64,000 nt of DNA, taken from positions 6,412 through 70,411 of the forward strand of contig SFLG01000005.1 of the NCBI GenBank assembly GCA_004553485.1, written 5' to 3'. A model generated the notes under the pieces. The model ran no database searches. It was not told the DNA's origin and saw only the letters and a list, made by a program, of their open reading frames with translations. The stretch comes from Bacteroidales bacterium (GTDB lineage Bacteria > Bacteroidota > Bacteroidia > Bacteroidales > Muribaculaceae). Positions 1 to 9,260 of the stretch are shown here, piece by piece; the first letter of the stretch is position 1, and each line of letters begins with the position of its first letter. The translations under genes were made by a program, and so were the position numbers.

Positions 1-219
1 ATACTCGGGAGTGTGGCTGGCGTTGTCGAGCCAGTTGGCCCAGTATACCAGGCTGCGGCCATCGAAAATGCTGTCGACAGCGGCGGCGGTGGCGGGAGTG
101 AGGTGACGCTCGGCGATGTAAGCGGTTACGTCGTGACCCTTCTGTCCCCAGCCCCACGACGAAACGGGCATGACGGCTGCGGCCACTAACATTACTGCGC
201 TAAAAAGAAATTTTTTCAT
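1..219 (-). CDS. S1/P1 nuclease family protein (5' part; runs off window start)
   Basis: Manual translation MKKFLFSAVMLVAAAVMPVSSWGWGQKGHDVTAYIAERHL...YWANWLDN: signal peptide followed by the WGxxGH and WxD motifs of S1/P1 nucleases. Not in the ORF track. Confidence 0.88.
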   Translation of the reverse strand, partial: MKKFLFSAVMLVAAAVMPVSSWGWGQKGHDVTAYIAERHLTPATAAAVDSIFDGRSLVYWANWLDNASHTPEY

Positions 220-276
220 AATCTTTATGGTATTAATGATTCACTCAATAGGTATTAATAATTCTTTGTCAGTACT

Positions 277-383
277 TATCGGGCACAACCGCGGCCTCTG
301 TCCCGGTCACCGGCAGCCATGGGCGCTTCGGCCGCCCGATGTCATATAAACGGCACGACACTATAATAGTTGTGTCCCGACAG
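277..383 (-). ncRNA. Candidate structured 5' leader RNA (four-way junction)
   Basis: Closing stem tcggg(a)cacaac/gttgtgcccga encloses three hairpins; lies just downstream of a minus-strand TACTTTTG promoter box (397-404). Confidence 0.4.
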
Positions 384-589
384 GCTTTCGTTACTGCAAA
401 AGTACACAAAAAAGGGCAATAAACACCACTATTTTAACGTTAAAATTCTGATGCCGCCGCCTCTCCGGCACGTCCAAAGACCGGCCCGGCCGCAGACGGC
501 ACACAAGTTTTTGGGGACACCGCCCCGCGGCATCGATTATTTTTGCTAATTTTGTCATTCCGAAACTCTTTTACACCTCAAGATATAAG

Positions 590-2581
590 ATGAGACTGAC
601 CAAACGGATATTTTCACCGCTCGCGCTCACGGCAGCAGCTTTTGCCATAACCTGCACGGCCCTCACCTCGTGCGGCGGCGCCAAGCTCGCCAAGGCCGAT
701 GAGCAGATGGCCCGCGGTGAATATTTCGACGCCTCCAAGACCTATCGCAAGATATACAACAAACTCACCAAACGCGAGGAGCGTCCCCTGCGCGGCGAGG
801 TGGCCTTCAAGATGGCCGAGTGCCACCGCCACCTCAGCCAGACGGCACGCGCCGCCGCGGCTTACCAGAACGCCATACGCTACCAGTGGCCCGACTCGAC
901 CGAGTACCTCTACCTGGGCCAGATGCTACAGGCCGAGGGCAAATACCGCGAGGCGATGGAGGCTTACGAGCAATACCTCGAGAAAGTTCCCGGCGACAAG
1001 CTTGCCGAGACCGGCCTGGCAGGCTGCCGCATCGCCCTGGCCAAACCCGCCCGCACACGCTACGTCGTGCGCAACGCCAAGCTGTTCAACAGCCGCCGCG
1101 CCGACTATGCCCCGATGTTCCTCGACAAAGCTTACGACCGCCTCTACTTCACCAGCACTACCGAAAAAGCCAACGGCACCAAGAAATCGGAGATTACCGG
1201 CATGAAGAACGGCGACGTCTACGTGTCGGCCAAGAACGAGCGCGGCGAGTGGCAGCGTCCCGAACCCGTCGAAGGCGAGCTCAACTCGGACTTTGACGAA
1301 GGCATTGTATCGTTCACCCCCGACGGCCAGACGATGTACCTCACCAAGGCGCGCCGCGAGCCCAGCGCCAACACCGGCGTGGAAATCTACACCTCGACAC
1401 GCAGCGACGCCAAATGGAGCGCCCCCGTCAAGCTGGAGATTACCGCCGACACGCTGTCGAGCTACGGACATCCCGCCGTCAGCCCCGACGGCAACTGGCT
1501 GTACTTCACCAGCGACATGCCCGGCGGCAGCGGCGGCAAGGACATCTGGCGCATCTCGCTCAAGGAGCGCGCCGGCAGCCTCGAGAACATGGGCGACTGG
1601 ATCAACACTCCCGGCGACGAGATGTTCCCCTACGTGCGCTCCGACTCGGTCCTCTACTTCGCCTCCAACGGCCACGCCGGCTTCGGCGGCCTCGACCTCT
1701 TCCGCGCCGAGCTCAAGCCCGGCGGCGGATGGGCGGTGACCAACATGGGCCAGCCCGTCAACTCGTCGGCCGACGACTTCGGCATCACCTTCGGCGAGGG
1801 CGAGAGCGGCTTCTTCAGCTCGAACCGCGGCGACGCACGCGGCTACGACCACATCTACGCCTTCGAGCTCCCCGACCTGCGCATCAACATCAGCGGCTGG
1901 GTCCTCGACGCCGACGAGGAGCCCGTGCCCAACGCCGTCATCCGCATCATCGGCAACGACGGCTCCAACCAAAAGACCGTGGCCCGTCCCGACGGCTCGT
2001 TCACCTTCCCCCTCCAGCGCGGCGTAAGCTACGCCATGATGGCCGGCGCCAAGGGCTTCCTCAACGCCCGCCAGGAGTTCACCAGCGACACCGCCGAGGA
2101 GGACGCCGAGTACAACATCGACTTCATCCTCGCCTCGGTGACAAAGCCCGTGGTGGTGGAGAATATCTTCTACGACTTTGACCGCGCCGTGCTGCGCGAC
2201 GAGTCGAAGAAAGCGCTGGACGAGCTGGCACAGGTGCTCCGCGACAACCCCAACGTCACCATCGAGATGGCCTCGCACACCGACCGCAAGGGCAGCGATG
2301 AGTACAACATCAACCTGTCGTCGCGCCGCGCCCGCTCGGTAATCGACTACCTCATCAGCGTGGGCATCTCCGCCGACCGCCTGCAGAGCCAGGGCTACGG
2401 CGAGTCGCGTCCCAAGACCATCACCAAGAAACTCGCGCGCGAATACCCGCAGTTCAAGGAGGGCGACGTCCTCACCGAAGAGTATATCGAGGCGCTGTCG
2501 CCCGAAGACCAGGAGGCCGCCGACCAGATAAACCGCCGCACCGAGTTCCAGGTGCTGTCGCTCGACTACGGAATGTACTGA
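590..2581 (+). CDS. porE: T9SS lipoprotein PorE-like (TPR + PD40 + carboxypeptidase-regulatory-like + OmpA_C)
   Basis: Lipobox LTSC, TPRs, PD40 repeats (SFTPDGQTMY, PAVSPDGNWLYFTSD), OmpA C-terminal motifs SHTD...LSSRRA...NRRTEF. Confidence 0.85.
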   Translation: MRLTKRIFSPLALTAAAFAITCTALTSCGGAKLAKADEQMARGEYFDASKTYRKIYNKLTKREERPLRGEVAFKMAECHRHLSQTARAAAAYQNAIRYQWPDSTEYLYLGQMLQAEGKYREAMEAYEQYLEKVPGDKLAETGLAGCRIALAKPARTRYVVRNAKLFNSRRADYAPMFLDKAYDRLYFTSTTEKANGTKKSEITGMKNGDVYVSAKNERGEWQRPEPVEGELNSDFDEGIVSFTPDGQTMYLTKARREPSANTGVEIYTSTRSDAKWSAPVKLEITADTLSSYGHPAVSPDGNWLYFTSDMPGGSGGKDIWRISLKERAGSLENMGDWINTPGDEMFPYVRSDSVLYFASNGHAGFGGLDLFRAELKPGGGWAVTNMGQPVNSSADDFGITFGEGESGFFSSNRGDARGYDHIYAFELPDLRINISGWVLDADEEPVPNAVIRIIGNDGSNQKTVARPDGSFTFPLQRGVSYAMMAGAKGFLNARQEFTSDTAEEDAEYNIDFILASVTKPVVVENIFYDFDRAVLRDESKKALDELAQVLRDNPNVTIEMASHTDRKGSDEYNINLSSRRARSVIDYLISVGISADRLQSQGYGESRPKTITKKLAREYPQFKEGDVLTEEYIEALSPEDQEAADQINRRTEFQVLSLDYGMY

Positions 2582-2588
2582 TACTGAG

Positions 2589-3470
2589 ATGGACGCTCCT
2601 ACCTTTCGCACACTCCAGCCCGTACGGCGCAGCTCCCGTCCCATCGGCAGGGACGAGGGCATAGTGCTGTTGGGCTCGTGCTTCAGCGACAGCGTGGGCA
2701 CGCGCCTTGTACGCGACGGCTTCAGGGCATCGGTCAATCCTATGGGAGCGCTGTACAACCCTCTCTCGATTGCCGGGGCTGTGTCGCGCGCCCTCGGCAG
2801 CCGGGCCTACGGCAACGACGACCTGACGACAGTTGACGGGACGTCGCACTGCCTCGACTTCGAGTCGCACCGCCAGGGCCCCGACCCCGAAGCCCTGCTG
2901 ACCAAGCTCAACGACGACTTTGGCCGCTTTGCCGACACCCTCGTGGACGCCTCCACCGTCATCCTCACCTTCGGCACGGCCTGGGTATTCTCGCTGGCCG
3001 GCACACGGCACGTGGTGGGCAACTGCCACAAGCTGCCGCAGACCTTCTTCGAGCGTCGCCGCGTCACCGTGGACGAGATTGTCGACACATGGCGTCCCCT
3101 GCTCACGGCCCTCGCGCCCCGGCGCGTCATCCTCACCGTCAGCCCCGTGCGACACCTTGCCGACGGCCTGCACGGCAACCAGCTCAGCAAGGCAACCCTG
3201 CTGCTGGCGGTGGAACGGCTCTGCAACGAGTGCGGAGCCGAGTATTTCCCTTCATACGAAATAGCCCTCGACGACCTGCGCGACTACCGCTTCTACGCTG
3301 CCGACCTCAAGCACCTCAGCGACACGGCCGTCGACTACATCTACGACATTTTCGGCGAGACATATTTCACCCCCGAGACAATGCGGATGGCCAAAGAGAG
3401 CCGTCGCAGCGCCCTGAGGGCGGCTCACCGTCCCATTTTGACTGACAACAACAATGAAAATCTCTGCTGA
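2589..3470 (+). CDS. GSCFA domain protein (SGNH-like)
   Basis: LGSCFS, NPMGALYNP, TVSPVRH, YFPSYEI, DDLRDYRFY motifs. Confidence 0.92.
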   Translation: MDAPTFRTLQPVRRSSRPIGRDEGIVLLGSCFSDSVGTRLVRDGFRASVNPMGALYNPLSIAGAVSRALGSRAYGNDDLTTVDGTSHCLDFESHRQGPDPEALLTKLNDDFGRFADTLVDASTVILTFGTAWVFSLAGTRHVVGNCHKLPQTFFERRRVTVDEIVDTWRPLLTALAPRRVILTVSPVRHLADGLHGNQLSKATLLLAVERLCNECGAEYFPSYEIALDDLRDYRFYAADLKHLSDTAVDYIYDIFGETYFTPETMRMAKESRRSALRAAHRPILTDNNNENLC

Positions 3471-5805
3471 AAAACTTTGCGAAATCATCGGCGTACCCTT
3501 CGTCGGCAACGAGGAGATGCGCGCCACGCAAGTTTCGATACCGCTCACCGACTCGCGCACGCTGACGCGCTGCGCCGAGACGGTTTTCTTTGCCATCCGC
3601 ACCGAGACCGGCGACGGCCACAACTACATCGGCGACATGTACGCCAAAGGCGTCCGCGTCTTTGTCTGCGACCTGTCGCGTGTCGGCTCTCCCGCCGCCG
3701 ACGCCGTATGGATCGGCACCCCCGACCCTCTCGCCGCCCTCGCCGCCGTCGCCGCGTACATCCGCAGCCTGCTCACCTGTCCGGTCATCGGCATCACGGG
3801 CAGCGTCGGCAAGACCGTGGTAAAGGAGATGCTCAACGCCGCCATCGCCCCCTGGCTCAACGTCGCCCGCAGCCCCCGCAGCTGGAACTCGCAGGTGGGC
3901 GTGCCCATGTCGCTGTGGCAGGTGCGCCCCGACACGCAGGTGGCCGTCTTCGAGGCCGGCATTTCGCGGTCCGGCGAGATGGAGAGTCTGCAGAAAATCA
4001 TCAAACCCGAAATCGGCGTCTTCACCGTCCTCACCGACGAGCACGACCGCGGCTTTGCCTCGCGCCGCGAAAAGATGGAGCAGAAGGCCCTGTTGTTCAA
4101 GGACTGCCGCAGCATCTACTACATCGGCGGCGACGCCCTTGTGGAGGACGTGCTGAAGGTGTCGTGTCCGCAGGCTTCCCTGCATCCCTGCGACGACTAC
4201 CGGTCGCTGTGCCGGGCCGTGGCGGCCGAGGTGGGCGTAGAGCTCCCCGCCGACGTTAAGCTGCCCGAATATTCGTCGCGAATAGACATCTACGACTCGC
4301 CCGAGGGACTGATGGCAGCAATGGACCGCTGCTCGTGCGACCTCACCACAATTGCCACCGGACTGGACGTGTTGCGGCGCCGGCGTCCCGAAGGGATGTC
4401 GCTGTCGGCGGTCCTGGGCGACCCGATTTGCCGTCCCGATGACGAAGAGGACGTCTGCGCGCGCCTGGCCGAGCTGCTGCGCGACTACGGGGTGACCTCG
4501 CTGGTCACCGCCGGCCCGATGCTCGAGCGGCACGCGTCGCTGTTCCCCTCCGGCATCACCGTGCGCTCCTTTGCCACCCCCGCCGAGGTGACAGCGCGCC
4601 TCGATGCCGGCTCGTTCTTCAACCACGCCCTGTATATCAACGGCACCGACAAGCCGGCCTTCGCCGCCATCTACTCGTGGCTGGCCGCACGCCGCAATGT
4701 CACGCGTCTCGAAATCAGTCTGGACGCCCTCACCCACAACTACCGCCACTACCGCTCGCTGCTACCCCCGCAGACGGGCATAATAGGCATGGTGAAGGCC
4801 GACGCCTACGGCTGCGGGTCGCTTGAGGTGGCACGCACTCTGCAGGACGCCGGAGCGGACATGGTGGCCGTAGCCGTCGTCGACGAGGGCGTGGCACTGC
4901 GCAACGGCGGTGTGTCGCTGCCGGTGATGGTGCTCGACCCGTGGTGCGAGAATATGCAGGCCATCTTTGCCTGCCGGCTGCAGCCCACACTGATCGGGCT
5001 GGACGAACAGCTGCTTGTAATGCTCGAGGATGCCGCCACCGCCCAGGGTGTCGACACCATCGAGGTGCACGTCAAACTCGACACCGGCATGCACCGCGTG
5101 GGACTGTCCGAGGACGAGCTGGAAGCCTTTGCCGAGATGATGGCACGCCATCCCCGCTTCCGCGCCGTCACCACCTTCAGCCACCTCGCCACCGCCGACT
5201 GCCCCGACCTGGAGGACTACACACAGGGCCAGCTCGACCGCTTTGCCCGCATGAGCGAGCGCCTGCAGCATCTGTTGGGCTACCGCGTGCGCCGTCACCT
5301 GCTCAACACGGCCGGCATTTCGCGCTTCGGCAAATCTACCGTCTACGACCTCGCACGTCTGGGCATCGGCCTCTACGGCATATCGCCCCTCGACGAGGCC
5401 GACCGCGCTGCCCTGCGCCCCGTCGCCCGACTTGTCACACGCATCATCGCCCGTCGCAGCTACGACGCCAACACCTCGATAGGCTACGGCTGCCACGGCC
5501 GCACATACCGCCCGTCGGTGATAGGCACCATCCCCATCGGCTACGCCGACGGCATAGACCGGCGCCTTGGCAACGGCGGCATGTCAGTGCTGGTGAACGG
5601 GAAGCTATGCCCCACCATCGGCAACATTTGCATGGACCTGTGCATGATAGACATCACCGACTGCCCCGACATCGGCGACGGCACGGTGGAGATTTTCGGC
5701 CCCGCCGCCCCCATCGAGCGCCTCAGCACCACCCTCGGCACCATCCCCTACGAAATCATCGCCCGCATCTCCCCCCGCGTCAAACGCGTCTACTTCAGGG
5801 ACTGA
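3454..5805 (+). CDS. alr: Bifunctional MurF-like ligase / alanine racemase
   Basis: N-terminal GITGSVGKT ligase P-loop; C-terminal MVKADAYG (PLP lysine), KLDTGMHR, IGYADG, ICMD, GTIPYE. Confidence 0.93.
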   Translation: MKISAEKLCEIIGVPFVGNEEMRATQVSIPLTDSRTLTRCAETVFFAIRTETGDGHNYIGDMYAKGVRVFVCDLSRVGSPAADAVWIGTPDPLAALAAVAAYIRSLLTCPVIGITGSVGKTVVKEMLNAAIAPWLNVARSPRSWNSQVGVPMSLWQVRPDTQVAVFEAGISRSGEMESLQKIIKPEIGVFTVLTDEHDRGFASRREKMEQKALLFKDCRSIYYIGGDALVEDVLKVSCPQASLHPCDDYRSLCRAVAAEVGVELPADVKLPEYSSRIDIYDSPEGLMAAMDRCSCDLTTIATGLDVLRRRRPEGMSLSAVLGDPICRPDDEEDVCARLAELLRDYGVTSLVTAGPMLERHASLFPSGITVRSFATPAEVTARLDAGSFFNHALYINGTDKPAFAAIYSWLAARRNVTRLEISLDALTHNYRHYRSLLPPQTGIIGMVKADAYGCGSLEVARTLQDAGADMVAVAVVDEGVALRNGGVSLPVMVLDPWCENMQAIFACRLQPTLIGLDEQLLVMLEDAATAQGVDTIEVHVKLDTGMHRVGLSEDELEAFAEMMARHPRFRAVTTFSHLATADCPDLEDYTQGQLDRFARMSERLQHLLGYRVRRHLLNTAGISRFGKSTVYDLARLGIGLYGISPLDEADRAALRPVARLVTRIIARRSYDANTSIGYGCHGRTYRPSVIGTIPIGYADGIDRRLGNGGMSVLVNGKLCPTIGNICMDLCMIDITDCPDIGDGTVEIFGPAAPIERLSTTLGTIPYEIIARISPRVKRVYFRD

Positions 5806-5856
5806 AAAGCCGAGCATCAGACATATAAGACGTATAAGTCACTTTCGGCTCTCAGC

Positions 5857-5914
5857 AAAAAACTACCGGGAGGCAGACACCCACAACTTGGGTTTGTCTG
5901 CCTCCCGGCGGTTT
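5857..5914. terminator. Bidirectional intrinsic terminator
   Basis: Stem ccgggaggcagac/gtctgcctcccgg between convergent genes, with A and T tracts. Confidence 0.8.
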
Positions 5915-5936
5915 ATAGTCTGTCAGCGGATGTGAC

Positions 5937-6653
5937 TCAGAGCATTGCCTGCTGCTGGGCCTGCTGCTGGGCTTCCTTAATCATCTGCTCGTCGGCGGTG
6001 ATGTAGATTTCGACGCGACGGTTGAGGGCGCGGCCCTCGGCGGTGTCGTTGCTGGCGACATAGTCGGCCATGGGCACGCCAGTGGCGGTCAGACGGTTAG
6101 CTGCCACGCCGCAGTTGATGAGGTAGTTGCGGACGGCGTTTGCACGCTGGTTCGACAGTGTAGTGTTTACCTGCATCGAGCCGGTGTTGTCGGTGTAGCC
6201 GAAAATCTGCACGTCGGTGCCGGGGTTCTGGATGAGGTTGACGGCAAACTTGGTGAGGTCGGCCTGTGCGCTGGGGTTGAGGTTGTACTTGCCGGTGGGG
6301 AAGAGGATGCCGCCGTCAAAGGTAATCTTGATGGCCTGCAGACCATTCTTGTCGGTAGTCTGCTCCACCTTGGCCTGCTGGGCCAGCTGGGCCTCGAGCT
6401 CCTTCTGCTGTTTGTCCATCTTGCGGCCGATGAGTGCGCCTGCACCGCTACCTACTGCGGCACCTATGGCAGCGCCGATGCCGGCACCTTTGCCACCACC
6501 GATGAGGGCGCCGATACCGGCACCGAGGCCTGCTCCGCCGCCACCGCCGATGAGGGCGCCTTTGCCGGTGTTTGTCATTGAATTACAGGCGGTCTCGCCC
6601 AAAAGCAGTGCTCCGGCAAGCAGAGCGACGCATGCTGTCTTGATAACTTTCAT
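5937..6653 (-). CDS. OmpA family lipoprotein with glycine zipper
   Basis: Signal peptide ending in C, GxxxG zipper, GYTDNTG, LSNQRA, NRRVEI. Confidence 0.93.
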   Translation of the reverse strand: MKVIKTACVALLAGALLLGETACNSMTNTGKGALIGGGGGAGLGAGIGALIGGGKGAGIGAAIGAAVGSGAGALIGRKMDKQQKELEAQLAQQAKVEQTTDKNGLQAIKITFDGGILFPTGKYNLNPSAQADLTKFAVNLIQNPGTDVQIFGYTDNTGSMQVNTTLSNQRANAVRNYLINCGVAANRLTATGVPMADYVASNDTAEGRALNRRVEIYITADEQMIKEAQQQAQQQAML

Positions 6654-6948
6654 ATTCAGTGTATTTATGTTAATAATAAAACTTGTTTTCAGGGTTATCT
6701 GATGCGAAAGCCATGGTAAGGCCCTGTCGGCGTCCGCCTCAACACGGGAGAGGACAAACCCTATAATGATAGGTGTCGGTCCTTACTGCTTTGCAAATTT
6801 AAACAAAAATTCGAAATGTAGTGTTCCAGCTCTGAGGAAAAAATAGTATATTTGCAACAGAATTTAACAAACCGGCTTACTTACCCGACCCTATCCACAC
6901 AGTCAGCGCGGCCTTCAGAGCCGCTTTCAGCCGAAAATTCAAGATATT

Positions 6949-7902
6949 ATGCAGACACCGTCAAGACCTTCAAACGACATATTGCAGACCAAGTCACGCT
7001 CCGATAATTTTGTAGTGCATCTGGCGGCATTCTGTTGCGTGTCGATGTGGGGTCTGTCGTTTGTATCAACAAAGGTTCTGCTCGACGAAGGCCTGGGCAC
7101 GGTCGAAATCTATATCTACCGCTTTACCATCGCCTACGTGCTGATGCTGTTGTTCTCGCACAGCCGCATAATGGCCCAGACGGGTCGCGACGAGCTAATG
7201 TTCGCCCTGTGCGGCTTCTGCGCCGGCGCCCTCTACTTCATCGCCGAAAACACGGCGCTGCAGTACACCCTCACCACCAACGTATCGCTGCTGACATCCA
7301 TTTCGCCTATCTTGACGGCGCTGTTGGCCGGATTTATCTACCCCAACGAAAAGCCGGGCAAGGGACTGCTGATGGGCTCGATGGTGGCGTTCGTAGGTGT
7401 GGCGATGGTGATTTTCAACGCCTCGGCGACACTCGAGATACGGCCCCTGGGCGACCTGCTGGCTCTCGGCGCCTGCTTCAGCTGGGCGGTCTACAGCCTT
7501 ATCCTGCGACGTCTCAGCGCCAACTACGACGTCCTCTTCATCACACGCAAAACCTTTTTCTACGGCATCATAACCTCGCTGCCGTTCCTGCTGCTCGAGC
7601 CGGAGATACACAACCCGCTGACCGAGCTGTGCAACCCGCGTGTGCTGTGCAACGTGCTCTTCCTGGCCATTGGAGCCTCGCTGGTGTCGTACCTGCTGTG
7701 GTCGCTGGCCGTGAAAAAGCTCGGAGCGGTAAAAGCCAACAATTACATGTACTTCCAACCTGTGGTGACAATGATTGCCGCGGCAATAATCATCGGCGAG
7801 CCTATTACCCCCATCGGCGTCCTCGGCTGCGTCACCATCATCTTCGGCCTGTGGCTCGGCGACTGGCTGACCCGCCGCCGTGCCATGAAGCTCCATCGCT
7901 GA
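6949..7902 (+). CDS. DMT/EamA family transporter
   Basis: About 10 hydrophobic segments, WGLSFVSTK, GDLLAL..SWAVYS; TATATTTG promoter box near 6847. Confidence 0.92.
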   Translation: MQTPSRPSNDILQTKSRSDNFVVHLAAFCCVSMWGLSFVSTKVLLDEGLGTVEIYIYRFTIAYVLMLLFSHSRIMAQTGRDELMFALCGFCAGALYFIAENTALQYTLTTNVSLLTSISPILTALLAGFIYPNEKPGKGLLMGSMVAFVGVAMVIFNASATLEIRPLGDLLALGACFSWAVYSLILRRLSANYDVLFITRKTFFYGIITSLPFLLLEPEIHNPLTELCNPRVLCNVLFLAIGASLVSYLLWSLAVKKLGAVKANNYMYFQPVVTMIAAAIIIGEPITPIGVLGCVTIIFGLWLGDWLTRRRAMKLHR

Positions 7903-7918
7903 GGCCGCGGCTCCCCTT

Positions 7919-8003
7919 TTTCCACCCTTACCGTTTCTACCTTGGCCCTTTTCCGCCATGGCCATTTCTGCCCTTACCGTTTCTGCCTTGGCCGTCTCTC
8001 CCG
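7919..8003. repeat. Degenerate 15-bp tandem repeat (about 6 units)
   Basis: tttccacccttaccg / tttctaccttggccc / tttccgccatggcca / tttctgcccttaccg / tttctgccttggccg. Confidence 0.8.
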
Positions 8004-8004
8004 G

Positions 8005-8397
8005 TCAAATTCCCAAAGCGGCCCTCATACGCATTACGGCGTAGCGCTGTAACGGCGTGGCATCCGCTGACGCCTCCAGGCGCGCGGCGGCGGCAGCCGA
8101 GCACGGGCAGCGGCGCAACAACGCGTTGCACAGGATGTCGGCCTCCTCACGGCTCATAACCTCGCTCAACATCTCGCGCGTGCTCACGTTGTCGCGCAAC
8201 AGGGCCGACAGGCCGTCGTTGACTCCTATCCCGCGCGCTATGGCCTTGAGGTCGACCACCGACAGGCCGAAGATGATGCGGTGGGGAAGTCCCGCATGGC
8301 GCAGTGTGTCGGCCACGATGCCGTTGCGGAGGGCAAAGAACTGTCGTTTTACCGTCTGCATCTCATTAAACTCGGGTGTGCGCTCCTGTTTGTCCAT
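8005..8397 (-). CDS. DNA alkylation repair (AlkD-like) short protein, possibly internally deleted
   Basis: KRQFFALRNGIVADTLR..G...IIFGL...LKAIA and EEADILC..LLR resemble Bacteroidales alkylation-repair proteins; only 130 aa. Confidence 0.6.
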   Translation of the reverse strand: MDKQERTPEFNEMQTVKRQFFALRNGIVADTLRHAGLPHRIIFGLSVVDLKAIARGIGVNDGLSALLRDNVSTREMLSEVMSREEADILCNALLRRCPCSAAAAARLEASADATPLQRYAVMRMRAALGI

Positions 8398-8521
8398 ATC
8401 TTATTCTGTTATGTCGCTTTTTGTTATGACGCTGCAAATTTACGACATTTGCGCGAACCGACACCCCGCCGCCAACGTTTTTGCAATAAGAAAACTTCTT
8501 TTTTGGAAACAACTTATTGAA

Positions 8522-8557
8522 AGACAGCCGGAGCGGCTAAGGCCGCTTCGGCTGTCT
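8522..8557 (-). terminator. Hairpin, likely terminator of the rubrerythrin gene
   Basis: agacagccggagcggc-taag-gccgcttcggctgtct. Confidence 0.65.
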
Positions 8558-8562
8558 GTAAG

Positions 8563-8607
8563 GTTATCCCGCGAGCTCGCGGGATAACGGTCGCGAGCTC
8601 GCGGGTA
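8563..8607. repeat. Perfect 26-bp palindrome plus a partial second copy
   Basis: gttatcccgcgagctcgcgggataac (8563-8588); cgcgagctcgcg recurs at 8592-8603. Confidence 0.9.
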
Positions 8608-8623
8608 AGGGTTCTTCTGTTGT

Positions 8624-9235
8624 TTACTTGGGGTCGGCGGGGGCGTAGCCGTCGTCGAGGGCGATGTAGTGCTTGTACTGGTGGTTGCAGGCGGGGCACT
8701 TTTCGGGAGGAGTGAGGCCAACCGCTTCGTAACCACAGACGATGCACTTCCAGGTAACGGGTTTGTCGCGTTTCCAAAGGGTGCCGTTCTCGATGTGATT
8801 AAGCATGCGCTGGAAGCGGTCGTAGTGGCTCTTCTCAACGGAGGCGATGGCACGGAAGTGCGAGGCGATGTCGTCAAAGCCTTCTTTCTCGGCTACTGCG
8901 GCAGCCTTGGCGTAGAACTCGTAGCCGCCGACGCTCTCTTCCTTCATGGCCAGCTTCAGGTTGTCCACGGTTGTGCCCAGGTAACCGGCATCAACGTCTA
9001 CATCGACGGTGACGGGAACGCTGTCAAGGTAGCCGAGGAATACCTTGGCGTGACGGAATTCGTTTGCGGCGCTCTCAAGGAAAACCTGCTGTACGGGGAA
9101 ATACTCCTCGTCTTCAGCTTTCCAGGCGTAGAATGTGTAACGTGCGTATGCCTGTGACTCGGCAAGATAAGACTGACACAGCCATTTCTCGGTCTCTGTG
9201 CCCTTCACGCATTTGTTAACAACTTTGGTGTCCAT
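8624..9235 (-). CDS. rbr: Rubrerythrin
   Basis: Di-iron ExxH motifs (NEFRHA, VEKSH) and C-terminal rubredoxin WKCIVCGY...CPACNH. Confidence 0.95.
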   Translation of the reverse strand: MDTKVVNKCVKGTETEKWLCQSYLAESQAYARYTFYAWKAEDEEYFPVQQVFLESAANEFRHAKVFLGYLDSVPVTVDVDVDAGYLGTTVDNLKLAMKEESVGGYEFYAKAAAVAEKEGFDDIASHFRAIASVEKSHYDRFQRMLNHIENGTLWKRDKPVTWKCIVCGYEAVGLTPPEKCPACNHQYKHYIALDDGYAPADPK

Positions 9236-9260
9236 AATGAGTATTTATTAATGAGGTTTT

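Noticed and set aside
270..395. Hammerhead ribozyme, SRP RNA or tRNA identity for the nuclease leader
   Set aside because: Lacks the CUGAnGA/GAAA core arrangement, the SRP domain IV motif and the T-loop/CCA features.
926..2758. Long antisense ORFs (also 13055-14434, 23578-25350, 34607-36712, 50279-51679, 61290-62606)
   Set aside because: They mirror real genes on the opposite strand, as expected from high-GC codon bias, and show no recognisable motifs.
3454..5805. MurF-Alr fusion as a novelty
   Set aside because: This fusion is a known feature of Bacteroidetes.
6850..6948. Riboswitch upstream of the EamA transporter
   Set aside because: Only a short hairpin (gcggc..gccgc); no recognisable aptamer or terminator.
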